A stretch of 60,503 bases of DNA from a virus (lineage: Duplodnaviria > Caudoviricetes). Positions 17,448-26,311 of the stretch are shown piece after piece. A program made the position numbers and the translations under genes. The DNA lies in the IMG/VR virus record IMGVR_UViG_3300021478_000004, positions 1-60,503 of that record. The stretch is one strand, 5' to 3'. Each line of letters begins with the position of its first letter. Within the stretch, counting starts at the first letter, position 1. The notes beneath the pieces were generated by a model. The model saw only the letters and a program-made list of their open reading frames with translations. It made no database searches and had not been told where the DNA came from.

Positions 17448-17491
17448 CTTCCTATCGCCAATTGGCTATTCCATCGAAACGGAGCAAGCAA

Positions 17492-17737
17492 ATGAAATTC
17501 CCGATCACAGACACGCGGACCTCGCATCCCTCGCTACTCGGATCGGACACCGATCGCGCCATCGCAATTATCGACGGGACTCTGAAGGGAGTTACCTACG
17601 ACGATCCATGTTCGGATATTGTCATCGCCATCATGACGCGGGCTCGATCTTTTGGATTTCCTGATCCAGCAAATACCGCTCGCGAGAAGGGCATCTCTCT
17701 GAAAGATTTCCTTCGTAGCGAGGCAATCATCGCTTGA
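17492..17737 (+). CDS. Hypothetical protein
   Basis: GGAG RBS; TTGACT-N17-TATTCC promoter-like element upstream. Confidence 0.55.
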   Translation: MKFPITDTRTSHPSLLGSDTDRAIAIIDGTLKGVTYDDPCSDIVIAIMTRARSFGFPDPANTAREKGISLKDFLRSEAIIA

Positions 17738-17761
17738 CGGGAATGTGACGGTCCCGAAAGC

Positions 17762-17791
17762 AAAAACCCGGCAACCATTCCTGGCTCCGGG
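17762..17791 (-). terminator. tR'-like intrinsic terminator downstream of the late promoter
   Basis: CCCGG...CCGGG stem followed by TTTTT on the minus strand. Confidence 0.6.
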
Positions 17792-17795
17792 CGCA

Positions 17796-17847
17796 ATTAT
17801 AGCAACACTTCAAAAGTGCATTTAGCGGATAGGTTTTGGGATGTCAA
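17796..17847 (-). promoter_or_regulatory. PR'-like late promoter with downstream -10-like pause element
   Basis: TTGACA (17847-17842), 17 bp, TAAATG, then TATAAT at 17801-17796. Confidence 0.6.
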
Positions 17848-18467
17848 GCCGGCTTCCCCTCGTTTATTCCGAGATTCAGCAGCCCGAAATGACGCGCGAG
17901 GGCATACAACCCGGATTTCAGCATCCTTGTTTCCGAAGCTGGCGGATCGAGGTCGTCGTAGGTCAGCCGCAGCATGGCATCGATGCGCTGGCGATTGTGT
18001 AGCGCTTTGTCGGCACTGGTGCGGGCCATGGAGGCCAATTCTCTTCTCGCGGCTACCTCAGCACCAGAAAGTTCAGAATTGCCGCCAGGACCCCACGGCT
18101 GGCCCGGCACGGGCAATCCTAGCGAGAGGCGATCCTCTCGGACGGTCTCAGCGTACTCCATCCCGGCCTGATGCAGCGCGCCTCGCAGGCAATGGTCATC
18201 CACAAAACGACCTAGTGCATATCCTCTGATCGAGCTTCGGCGGCCGTCCCGATGCTTCTGGGCGAGCACGACCGACATAGTTTCGCGCTCTTCGGCGTCG
18301 CCGCGAATTCGCTCGGCCGCGATTTGGCGCTCCGATTTGGCGGCGCGCATCGCCACGACGGTCGTGATCGGAAAACGCAGCGCTTGCGGCTGGCGATGGA
18401 CGATGGCTGACCGCTTGCCGGGTTTGCAGACCGTGATCGTGGCGGCGTCGAGGGTGGCGTGCATCAT
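17844..18467 (-). CDS. Putative late-gene activator/antiterminator (Q-like by position)
   Basis: Last early gene, directly followed by the PR'/tR' architecture; C-terminal GL.ALA.HFG. Confidence 0.55.
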   Translation of the reverse strand: MMHATLDAATITVCKPGKRSAIVHRQPQALRFPITTVVAMRAAKSERQIAAERIRGDAEERETMSVVLAQKHRDGRRSSIRGYALGRFVDDHCLRGALHQAGMEYAETVREDRLSLGLPVPGQPWGPGGNSELSGAEVAARRELASMARTSADKALHNRQRIDAMLRLTYDDLDPPASETRMLKSGLYALARHFGLLNLGINEGKPA

Positions 18468-18793
18468 GCTGGCTGCCTCGCAAGGGAAGCGTCGATGCGA
18501 TCGGCGATTTCGGTCGGAGTGGTCGTGCCATACTTCGGGTCGATATAGCCGCGATGGAAAATGTCCACGACGGTACTGTAGGATATATCGAAGGCTGCCA
18601 TCATGGCCGTTCCGTATGGTTTGTCGGCCATTCCCAGCTTGCAGGCCAATCCCATCGCGCATTTGTTCGGAATGTGAAAATCCCACTCCCCGAAGTCGTC
18701 AGGCCACGTCTCGGGGTGACGAAGCGCATGGCTGAGGCGGCGCAAGGGCTCATCGGCCTCGGCCACGAATGACTTGACGGGTTCCATTTTCAT
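18464..18793 (-). CDS. Hypothetical protein
   Basis: ATGA-coupled in the operon. Confidence 0.6.
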   Translation of the reverse strand: MKMEPVKSFVAEADEPLRRLSHALRHPETWPDDFGEWDFHIPNKCAMGLACKLGMADKPYGTAMMAAFDISYSTVVDIFHRGYIDPKYGTTTPTEIADRIDASLARQPA

Positions 18794-19011
18794 CGCAAAA
18801 TCCCTGCGTATCGTTTGATCACCGGCCTGTTTTCCTGCCGGTCGAAAATCTCGGTGCTGACGCATCCGGGCGCGAGACGGATTGCGGCAGCGACTTTATC
18901 AGCGCCGTCGAGGTCGTCGGTCCACCCGATCACAGATGTTCCGCCGCTCGGATATTCCGTCGCGCGGACCTCGTACCGCTGGCTTCGCGGCTTGCCGCCG
19001 GAGTGCGTCAT
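18790..19011 (-). CDS. Hypothetical protein
   Basis: ATGA-coupled. Confidence 0.55.
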   Translation of the reverse strand: MTHSGGKPRSQRYEVRATEYPSGGTSVIGWTDDLDGADKVAAAIRLAPGCVSTEIFDRQENRPVIKRYAGILR

Positions 19012-19253
19012 TTCTTGAACGCCTGATTGGGGGGATCATCAAATACGCGAACCGACACATTCGTCCCTGGAATTGCGGACAGGTCCGGCTCCGGCGGCGA
19101 GAACCGCCCCAAGGTGAAATCCTCGAACCGACGTTCCAGCGCGCTGAGCTTGCCTTGCGTGTCGATCAGGTCGCCCCGCAGGGCGCTGACGGTGTCCTCT
19201 AGCGTGGCGATACGATTTGAGGTGCGGAGGGATTCGCCCATGGTGGATGTCAT
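19008..19253 (-). CDS. Hypothetical coiled-coil protein
   Basis: ATGA-coupled. Confidence 0.55.
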   Translation of the reverse strand: MTSTMGESLRTSNRIATLEDTVSALRGDLIDTQGKLSALERRFEDFTLGRFSPPEPDLSAIPGTNVSVRVFDDPPNQAFKK

Positions 19254-20803
19254 TTTGCCATTCCCGTCGTTGCGGCTTTCTTCGCCTTCCAAATCGGCAT
19301 TAGCCCGTTAAGGGACAGATATCCCTCTGTCTCCGCGTCGTAGCGCAGCGTGACTTCGGCTTTCTTGCCGGACCATCCGAAGCGAACCTTCTTGACCGCG
19401 ATCACAGTTTCGCCCGCATCCGCGTCAGGAACGAACACGACTATTCCATGATCCGGCTTGTTGAACCATGCGGCCGACCCGGCGATGTCGTAAAGCCCTG
19501 GCATTCGCGTTGCGCCATCCTTGCCTACTTCCTTGGTAGGGTGGGCGATCACGATTGCGATCACCTGATAGCGCGTAGCGAAGCGGCGGATCATGCGGAG
19601 CGCACGGTTATGATATTCGGTCTCGGTCTCGCCTCGGGGCTTGGCGTGTTCGACCTCGTTCCACGGATCGATAACCAGGACGCGAATCCCGTCGCGGATC
19701 ACGGCGTCGGAGGCGCGTTCCAATAACCATTCGAGCGTCAATTCCTCCTCGCCATCGCCGGTAGGGTCGTCGTCGATGAATAGAAAATAATCGTTTATCC
19801 AGCGGTCGGCTGCCGCCTTCATGTCGGGGCGCCAGTGCTCCGAAGCTAACTTAGTCGCTGCGAGCCTGAGTTTGTGGCGAAGCGCCGGCACGGTCTGGAT
19901 TTCGAAGGAGGCCATTGCCGTGATCCAGCCGTAGGCACCCGCGAGATTGACGCACAGGTTGATGATGAACGAACTCTTCCCGTGTCCGGGGATTCCCGTC
20001 ACGACCATCATTTCTCCGAGCCACAACTTCAGGCATTCATCGAGGTCGGCGAAGCCCGTGGAGAACGTTTCAGGGTCCGCCACATCGGGATAGTCGCTAA
20101 GCCGATAAAGGCCTCGCACGGGGTACGGACGGGCCGCGTTGAGGCATCCCGCCACAGCTTCGGCGCCATGCTTGACGCGGACGTCGCTGAGGTCTTTGCA
20201 GTCGTCGGGATAGACGATCGAGAGGCACTTCGACGGCGCGAGACGACGCAGCAGTTCGGCCTCTAGCCGCTTGCCGGGATCGTCGTTGTCGACCGCCAGA
20301 ATGAACCGCTTTATCCGCTTCAGCCGATCTCTATTGACCCAAACGTATTCGAACTTTCCTCCGCTCTCAGCGCTGCGGTCGATCGGATCGAGCTCGTCCG
20401 GAGCTTTGCCTTTTGGAACCGCTGGAGCCCCGTCGGGAACAGAAACCGTGAACGGGAACCCGCAATCGATCGCGGTCAAGGCGTCCAGTTCGCCCTCGGT
20501 GATGATCAGCGGGGAGATGCCATGTTCCAGGCTCGGATCGTCGAGGATGTCGGCATTCCAGAACGTTTTTTTCCCGCCCTTGCGCTGCCAGAACTTCTTG
20601 CCGGGCGCGCGGTATTTCTCGGCCACGACGCGACCGTGATCAAAATACGGAAAAGCGACGACGTTACCGGCGGGGTCGGGCTCGACCTCCCCGTCAGCGA
20701 TGGCTAGGGAAGTATAAATCCCGAAACGAACCGCTGTTTCCTCGCTTATACCCCGTTGGTCGAACGCTTTTTGCCCGATCGGACCAAGTATCTGCGCGTT
20801 CAT
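19250..20803 (-). CDS. Toprim primase plus SF4 helicase (Twinkle/T7 gp4-like) lacking its Zn-binding domain
   Basis: RGISEET, ITEGELDAL, VSVPDGA, AVDNDDPG, CKD, Walker A GIPGHGKS, VIDPWN, IAHPTK; own RBS GGAGG. Confidence 0.9.
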   Translation of the reverse strand: MNAQILGPIGQKAFDQRGISEETAVRFGIYTSLAIADGEVEPDPAGNVVAFPYFDHGRVVAEKYRAPGKKFWQRKGGKKTFWNADILDDPSLEHGISPLIITEGELDALTAIDCGFPFTVSVPDGAPAVPKGKAPDELDPIDRSAESGGKFEYVWVNRDRLKRIKRFILAVDNDDPGKRLEAELLRRLAPSKCLSIVYPDDCKDLSDVRVKHGAEAVAGCLNAARPYPVRGLYRLSDYPDVADPETFSTGFADLDECLKLWLGEMMVVTGIPGHGKSSFIINLCVNLAGAYGWITAMASFEIQTVPALRHKLRLAATKLASEHWRPDMKAAADRWINDYFLFIDDDPTGDGEEELTLEWLLERASDAVIRDGIRVLVIDPWNEVEHAKPRGETETEYHNRALRMIRRFATRYQVIAIVIAHPTKEVGKDGATRMPGLYDIAGSAAWFNKPDHGIVVFVPDADAGETVIAVKKVRFGWSGKKAEVTLRYDAETEGYLSLNGLMPIWKAKKAATTGMAK

Positions 20804-20993
20804 AGTCGCGACCTCCCTTCCATTCGCAGTGGTGACAAAAGAACGCAAACCCCGCCCCTGTGGATTTTACTGACAAACATGGCTGACTTTTCTTTTTCCT
20901 GGCGTCGCTGCATTGAGGACATCGAAAGTATTTCGTCCCCTGGAATGACCTCGGGTAGCAGTTTACGCTGGCAAGTTCTTGCTCGAAGTCCAT
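20694..20993 (-). CDS. Stand-alone primase zinc-binding domain
   Basis: CPQCS..RKKK..PCLSV...CHHCEWKG; RBS GGAG. Confidence 0.8.
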   Translation of the reverse strand: MDFEQELASVNCYPRSFQGTKYFRCPQCSDARKKKSQPCLSVKSTGAGFAFFCHHCEWKGGRDYERADTWSDRAKSVRPTGYKRGNSGSFRDLYFPSHR

Positions 20994-21005
20994 TGAGCGC
21001 CTCCA

Positions 21006-21785
21006 TCAATCCCGGCTCCACAGCGTTCCTGGCGGAAATGGGGACCTCGGATCATGTTCCACGACCTTGGCAGGTTGGTCTTCCCATCGGCGTCCGTTCA
21101 GGAACGTGGCCGGGTGCATCCACGCCCGATCGGCGGGTTTCGCGGCGATGTAGCGCTCTACGCCCCTCATTATCTCGGTAAATTCCAAGTGGACCTTTGC
21201 AAACGCCTTGCTCGCCGCGGCTTTGGCCTCCTTGTTCGGCCACTTATCCCAGAATTCCTCGAAGTCATGGTCGAGTGCTGAGCCGTTGGCTTCTTTTTTT
21301 TCTTTTGATTCTTTTTTTTCTTCTTGTGACGAAGGCGGTAGAGACGAAGGCGGCCCGCGTGGGGCTATATTTTGGCTAGCCGGTTGGATAGCCGGTCGGC
21401 CCTCATTTTCGTTGATTTTATTGCGTAATTGCTCCCATTTCTTTTTTGTCGTCTTGCCACCGTTTAATGAATTCTCAACGTTTTTTCGAATTCTCTGCGA
21501 AATTTTTCCTAATTCCTTCTCGGTTCGAGGGATGGATAATGCCCCGTCGACGCAAACGAGCTTCCCGATCCTATCGAGGTTTCCAATAGCCTTTGAGAGC
21601 CTACCTTTCGGAAGGCCGGAACGAACCGATAGCTCGTGCTCACGCCCTACATAAATCACCGGGACACCTCTGTCATATTGCAACATCATGATTATCGTGT
21701 ATGCGGCTATTTCATCTCCAGTCAGTCCTATTACGCCATTGAGAAAATCCGATGGGTAGCAGTCGAATCTCGAGACGCCCGGCAT
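21006..21785 (-). CDS. DUF1376/YdaU-type replication protein
   Basis: YPSDFL....L...E..AY N-terminus; FEEFW..WP.K..K..A..AF...HPATFLNG.RWED. Confidence 0.85.
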   Translation of the reverse strand: MPGVSRFDCYPSDFLNGVIGLTGDEIAAYTIIMMLQYDRGVPVIYVGREHELSVRSGLPKGRLSKAIGNLDRIGKLVCVDGALSIPRTEKELGKISQRIRKNVENSLNGGKTTKKKWEQLRNKINENEGRPAIQPASQNIAPRGPPSSLPPSSQEEKKESKEKKEANGSALDHDFEEFWDKWPNKEAKAAASKAFAKVHLEFTEIMRGVERYIAAKPADRAWMHPATFLNGRRWEDQPAKVVEHDPRSPFPPGTLWSRD

Positions 21786-21791
21786 TGCATG

Positions 21792-22259
21792 TTAGCCTTC
21801 CTCGCGTTGCTTGGATCGAAGCGACGACCGACGCCCAGCGCCAATCTCGACGCATTCGGTATGAAACGTCATGATCATGCTGATTACGTCCTCGGCGCAC
21901 CGCGCGGCCGACGCGTTTATCTCGGCGCCCGTGAACCGCAGCAGGCGATAGCCTTGCGCCGTCAGGAACCGATCTCGTTTCTTGTCGCGCGCCGCCTGAT
22001 GCTTCGTGCGCTCGTGGAAATCGTGGCCATCGCACTCCACGACGAGGTCGCTCTCCGCGCCGAAGAACGCATAGGCGACGACGAAATCAACGCGATAGTT
22101 GCCGACTCGCTGCTGTGGACGGATCGCGATCGTGCCGGACCCGGTAGGAACCTTGCCGACGCGATAGCCGTGAGCATGGGCTTCCTCGACGATCGCTGTG
22201 AGCAGCGCGCTTTCGATCGGGCTTTCGGTGGCGCCGAGGAGCGCTTCCCAGCGCGTCAT
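21792..22259 (-). CDS. DUF559 (Vsr-like) endonuclease domain protein
   Basis: ESPIE, YRVDF, VECDGHDFH, D..RDR.L...GY.LLRFTG. Confidence 0.85.
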   Translation of the reverse strand: MTRWEALLGATESPIESALLTAIVEEAHAHGYRVGKVPTGSGTIAIRPQQRVGNYRVDFVVAYAFFGAESDLVVECDGHDFHERTKHQAARDKKRDRFLTAQGYRLLRFTGAEINASAARCAEDVISMIMTFHTECVEIGAGRRSSLRSKQREEG

Positions 22260-22693
22260 ACCGCCCCCTCCGCATCCCCACTCGCCAGAACTGCCTTGAA
22301 CACGTCCGGCAGGATCACATTCCCCGTCGCATCACGAAACATCGGCGCTATCTGCGCGGGCGTGAATCCAGCGAGTCCGCATCCGACTGGGGTGACGCGA
22401 AACGTCAACTCAGGGTGCGCTGCGGCAAAAACCAGAAATGTCTGGACGCCCGTCTCGATTGTCTCAAGTTGTAGGGGACGAAGCCTCTTGTCCTTCGTCG
22501 GGATAGCGTAGGAGCGGCCCTGCATCCCCTCGCCTTGGCCATAGATCGCGCCGTGATGATAGCGAGCGTCGAGCGCCGCGCCTCTGCCGTGTCGGCCCGC
22601 ATCGTTTGAGCCGAACACGAAAATATCCGCACCCGCGCTTCCCGGCACCGGACGCGTATCGGCCGGCGATTGCTTGACGGCGACGACGGTCAT
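22256..22693 (-). CDS. A1S_2505-family phage protein (macrodomain-like)
   Basis: IFVFGSN.AG.HG.GAA, G.G.QG.SYAIPT, VT.VGCGLAG. Confidence 0.8.
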   Translation of the reverse strand: MTVVAVKQSPADTRPVPGSAGADIFVFGSNDAGRHGRGAALDARYHHGAIYGQGEGMQGRSYAIPTKDKRLRPLQLETIETGVQTFLVFAAAHPELTFRVTPVGCGLAGFTPAQIAPMFRDATGNVILPDVFKAVLASGDAEGAV

Positions 22694-22989
22694 GACGTCC
22701 ACCCCTTCAAGAAAGCCCTCGCCCGCCGTTCCCAGTCGGCCAAATCCTTTTCGTACTGATCCTGGACCCACAACGGAATCGTCGCCGACCGTGTCAGCAT
22801 TGGCTGATCGGGAAACATCGCGTTATGGATAGCAGCGCGACGACCTATATTTTCCTTCCACCATTCCGGCGGCGCCAATGACGCCTCGACCTGCGTATTT
22901 GTTCGTTCCTGCGCATCTAGCGCGCGGGCTCTGACGCAAAGATCGAGCCCTTCGGAAAGTAGGAGTCGGCAAGGGTCGATCTCGGTCAT
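22690..22989 (-). CDS. Hypothetical protein
   Basis: ATGA-coupled. Confidence 0.6.
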   Translation of the reverse strand: MTEIDPCRLLLSEGLDLCVRARALDAQERTNTQVEASLAPPEWWKENIGRRAAIHNAMFPDQPMLTRSATIPLWVQDQYEKDLADWERRARAFLKGWTS

Positions 22990-23258
22990 GTCGATTTTTG
23001 CTCCCTACTAGAGCGAAAAAATCGACTCGGCGCGCGAACGCCCACGCCTAACCCGGGACCTCGCGCCGCTAGCCCATTCTCGCCTAGCCACCGCGCATGC
23101 GCAGCAACCCGCCGAGCCTTCCACGCCCGGAAATAGTCCCCCGTACACTCGCGGCAGAGATACCGAAGGCCGTCGCGAGTCTGGGTGGACGAGGAAAACG
23201 CCTCTAGCGGGCGAGGCTTGTGGCAGGCCGCGCATGTCTTGGTCGGAAGGGGCTTCAT
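22986..23258 (-). CDS. Zn-finger protein
   Basis: K.C..C...PL..F......DGL...CREC. Confidence 0.65.
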   Translation of the reverse strand: MKPLPTKTCAACHKPRPLEAFSSSTQTRDGLRYLCRECTGDYFRAWKARRVAAHARWLGENGLAARGPGLGVGVRAPSRFFRSSREQKST

Positions 23259-23479
23259 GCGCTCGCCCCCTCAAACAAATCCGGCTCCCTTGCCCGCTCC
23301 CGTTCGGCCATAACCGCAACCGCCTTCGCCAACCTCCGCGCGTCTAGTTCGATCCCACTCCACTCGCCTCGGTCGCGGATATGCTCGGCCAGAGTCTGCG
23401 CCTCGGCGACCGCCCGCACTTCCGCCGCGAGTTCGTCGGCCAGGCGCGCGAGCGCGGCGGTGCGGGTCATAGCGCTCAT
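23255..23479 (-). CDS. Hypothetical protein
   Basis: ATGA-coupled. Confidence 0.55.
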   Translation of the reverse strand: MSAMTRTAALARLADELAAEVRAVAEAQTLAEHIRDRGEWSGIELDARRLAKAVAVMAERERAREPDLFEGASA

Positions 23480-23718
23480 ATTTCCGACAGGCGCTTCATA
23501 TCTGCGGTTATCAGCGCTAGTTGTTTGGCGATGCGCAGAAGTTTCCTGCCTACCGAAATGGGGGAAGCGCTGATCCTTACTGTCTCGCCATCAAAGAAAC
23601 ACTTGATTTCATTACTGTGAACTTCTACGCGGCACACCTTGCGGCGGTGCGTATCTTCGCCTGCGAGAATAAATCCTGTGCAAGCGGTTTCGGCCTTGGA
23701 AGGAACAATCAGTTTCAT
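23476..23718 (-). CDS. Hypothetical protein
   Basis: GGAGAG RBS. Confidence 0.55.
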   Translation of the reverse strand: MKLIVPSKAETACTGFILAGEDTHRRKVCRVEVHSNEIKCFFDGETVRISASPISVGRKLLRIAKQLALITADMKRLSEI

Positions 23719-23936
23719 TTTATCTCTCCGTTTAGCCCATGCGATGGATCGCGGCGATGCGGGGTAGGGCGGTCATCGCAACGGCTCCACGGGCTCGCTG
23801 CAGGTACAGAGCCATTCTAGGATGACGGCGTAGTCGTCGTGATGAGATCGGAATGTGCCAGCGAAATACCAGCCGCAGGCGATGAACGCGTCGATGCGTC
23901 TGATCTGGACGTAGCGGAAGATGCGGATGCGCGGTG

Positions 23937-24626
23937 TCATAACGACATCTCCATCTGCTCGATCTTGCGGGGCTCTTCGAACGGGAGGCGCGGGCGGCGG
24001 AGGGCTTCGGAGAGGCGGCGGCAGGCGATGTCGAAGTATTTTGGCTCTATCTCTATGCCGATGAATGAGCGATCAAGATTAATGCACGAAACTCCAGTCG
24101 TGCCTGAACCCATCAGTGGATCAAGGACGATCTCGCCATAGAAAGACACGCGGTTAACGATCCAATCCATGATTCCCTGCGGCTTGGAACAAGGATGCCC
24201 GTTCGTCTCACGCAGAAATCTTCTAATGATAGAATCGCTTCGACGCCCAAGACCCCTCTGGAGGAAGGGGTCCTTTCCCCAAACAAGAATTGGTTGCCAA
24301 GAGGGAAAGCCCCACACGCATCCACCCTCCCCACTTGGGTCTGTCCAGTTAAGCACCCAATCATCGGCAGGGTACTTCCACATATTTGGAACTCCGCAGG
24401 TCAGTGCTATTCTTGAAGACGCAGCTAGCAGCGGCGGCATGATGTCGGCAATCAAACTAGCAAGGTTGTCTTTAGTGTCATCAAATTCGCCGTACTCTGT
24501 CCCGTTTCCATACGGCGGGTCAGTCACGACAGCATCAACGCGCCCGATTATCGGCAGAACGTCCCGGCAATCTCCGCAATACAGCGTCACGCCGTCCGCC
24601 AATTGTTCCTTGCGAGGCGTGGTCAT
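23937..24626 (-). CDS. Orphan N6-A/N4-C DNA methyltransferase (beta class)
   Basis: TDPPYG, HPCSKP, VLDPLMGSGTTG, FIGIE. Confidence 0.9.
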   Translation of the reverse strand: MTTPRKEQLADGVTLYCGDCRDVLPIIGRVDAVVTDPPYGNGTEYGEFDDTKDNLASLIADIMPPLLAASSRIALTCGVPNMWKYPADDWVLNWTDPSGEGGCVWGFPSWQPILVWGKDPFLQRGLGRRSDSIIRRFLRETNGHPCSKPQGIMDWIVNRVSFYGEIVLDPLMGSGTTGVSCINLDRSFIGIEIEPKYFDIACRRLSEALRRPRLPFEEPRKIEQMEMSL

Positions 24627-25225
24627 TCTGCCGCCTTCATGACTGGATCGAACTTCGTCGCCTCGTTGCCCCAGGTCGCCCAACAGGGCCGCGATTGGCG
24701 GGCGAACAGTTCTAGGTACGGCCCTTCGACGAGGCGCTCGATCCGTTCGTGTACGCAATCGGGCTTGCGGCTGTGTTGCCTGATCGGCTCAATGATCGCT
24801 TGCCTAACCCCCGCGTCGCGTCGCTTTGGCTTTCCCCGAGTGGCCAGCAGGCAGACTTCGCTGTTTGCGCGGGTCCAGTATCCCAGACCCATGCGAAGGT
24901 CTTCCTGCAAAGCAAACAACCTATACTGATCAGCCTTAACCCAAGCGAACGCGCATGTCTTGTATGTGAACCCCCATGACTTAATCAGATCGAGAGCTTC
25001 GGGCATCGTTGGCCAGACAATCCAGACAAATAGGGCGCATGTGTCGGCTGCTATATCGCCGATAGGAAGAGAGGAAAGATCACCCATTTCCATCGTTTCG
25101 TACGGCGTGACGCTGCCTCGGCTGGCGACGCGCTTGTCTTTGCCATCCCAGCATTTAAATCCCCACGGCGGGTCAGCCAAGATCGCCTTGAAGCCTCCCG
25201 GCGTAGTTGGCAGCGGTTCGCTCAC
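24623..25225 (-). CDS. MT-A70 family adenine methyltransferase
   Basis: ILADPPW, MGLGYWTRANSE.CLL, HSRKP, YLELFAR, WGNE. Confidence 0.9.
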   Translation of the reverse strand: MSEPLPTTPGGFKAILADPPWGFKCWDGKDKRVASRGSVTPYETMEMGDLSSLPIGDIAADTCALFVWIVWPTMPEALDLIKSWGFTYKTCAFAWVKADQYRLFALQEDLRMGLGYWTRANSEVCLLATRGKPKRRDAGVRQAIIEPIRQHSRKPDCVHERIERLVEGPYLELFARQSRPCWATWGNEATKFDPVMKAAE

Positions 25226-25692
25226 GACCCCGCCTCCGCCCGCTCGCCGAACAGCACAAGATCGCGCTTGGCGATCTTAATCCGAAGTACCCCAAAGCGC
25301 TCTAGCGCAGCCATAGCGTCATCGACCGTCCACGCGGTTGCGTACGGAATAGCGTGACCGAAACACCACGAACGAAAATCTCTCTGCTCCTCGGTCAAGT
25401 CCTCGCCCCCTCGCTTCAATTCGAGAGCATGGAGTTGCCCGATGACAGGCGAGAATAGGACGAAATCTGGCCACCCGCGCGCGAGCCCCATCGCCCGAAG
25501 CTTCGCCCCCGTGCGCACGTCCCGATGCTCGCCGGCCGGGAAGTGCGACCAGCGCCAATCGGGCTTGGCAAACCGCCGCAGCACGTCGGCGACGGCCATG
25601 TGCAACTCGATCTCCTTCGGCCGCGGGGCTTTCGCCTTGCGCGGCCGGGCGCGGATGCCTTGCGAAATAGCGAGGAGCGGGGGAATGGTCAT
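25222..25692 (-). CDS. VRR-NUC (PD-(D/E)xK) nuclease
   Basis: E..LH, H.P.G, MG...GWPD, LELK...LT.EQ. Confidence 0.8.
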   Translation of the reverse strand: MTIPPLLAISQGIRARPRKAKAPRPKEIELHMAVADVLRRFAKPDWRWSHFPAGEHRDVRTGAKLRAMGLARGWPDFVLFSPVIGQLHALELKRGGEDLTEEQRDFRSWCFGHAIPYATAWTVDDAMAALERFGVLRIKIAKRDLVLFGERAEAGS

Positions 25693-25700
25693 AATGCCCA

Positions 25701-25889
25701 TCACCGGAGAGGTCTCGGTCGACGCCACTCTTTCTCGAATGATCGCCGCACCGCTCCACAGCGGCGGCAATATTTTACCTCAGTCTCGCCTTCCCCCTCC
25801 ATGAGGTCGGCCATCACGTCGCCTCGGTCATGCGGGCAACGCGCCATCCACCAGTCAACAACCCAATCCAACATGCGCATGGTGATCAA
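25701..25889 (-). CDS. Small Zn-finger hypothetical protein
   Basis: CPH...CRRCG; RBS AAGGA. Confidence 0.5.
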   Translation of the reverse strand: MITMRMLDWVVDWWMARCPHDRGDVMADLMEGEGETEVKYCRRCGAVRRSFEKEWRRPRPLR

Positions 25890-25892
25890 TCC

Positions 25893-26297
25893 TTAGTACT
25901 GGCCTTGGATTTGGCGAGCAACCCAATCCCTAACGCGATAAAATCGGTCCTCTGGCGTCTCGACCATGCATGTCGCCTCATCGTTTTCCCACATGACCTC
26001 GGCCGCAAGCGCGCCGGCAATACCGAACGTCCCCGCGATGCTCTCGCGGTCATGTGGGTCGATCTTGTCCATATCGATGCCGCGAGCCCTACCGACACTA
26101 CCAAGTGCGCAAACTTGGCCAGAGAATTCCAGAACGCCCGCGATCAGCCGCTTCTCGGGCATCGCGTCCAGAGCCGACAGCATTTCGTTTAGGAATGCCT
26201 GCCCGCGCTTACCCCTGATGGCGCTCGTCACCGCGCCACGCCAGCGGATCATCGCCCACTCGTTTTCGCAATTATCGGTGTAGCCGGATCGTCCCAC
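25893..26297 (-). CDS. Conserved phage hypothetical protein
   Basis: GTG start after GGAG; RSGY...WRGAV.SAIRGKRGQAFL...ETPE.R. Confidence 0.7.
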   Translation of the reverse strand: MGRSGYTDNCENEWAMIRWRGAVTSAIRGKRGQAFLNEMLSALDAMPEKRLIAGVLEFSGQVCALGSVGRARGIDMDKIDPHDRESIAGTFGIAGALAAEVMWENDEATCMVETPEDRFYRVRDWVARQIQGQY

Positions 26298-26311
26298 TGG
26301 CGTACTCCCAC

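Noticed and set aside
21291-21325. Poly-T tracts as phase-variation sites
   Set aside because: They encode the Lys/Glu-rich linker typical of phage replication proteins.
23937-25692. Restriction-modification system
   Set aside because: The adjacent nuclease is VRR-NUC-like, and orphan MTases are routine in this part of temperate phage genomes.
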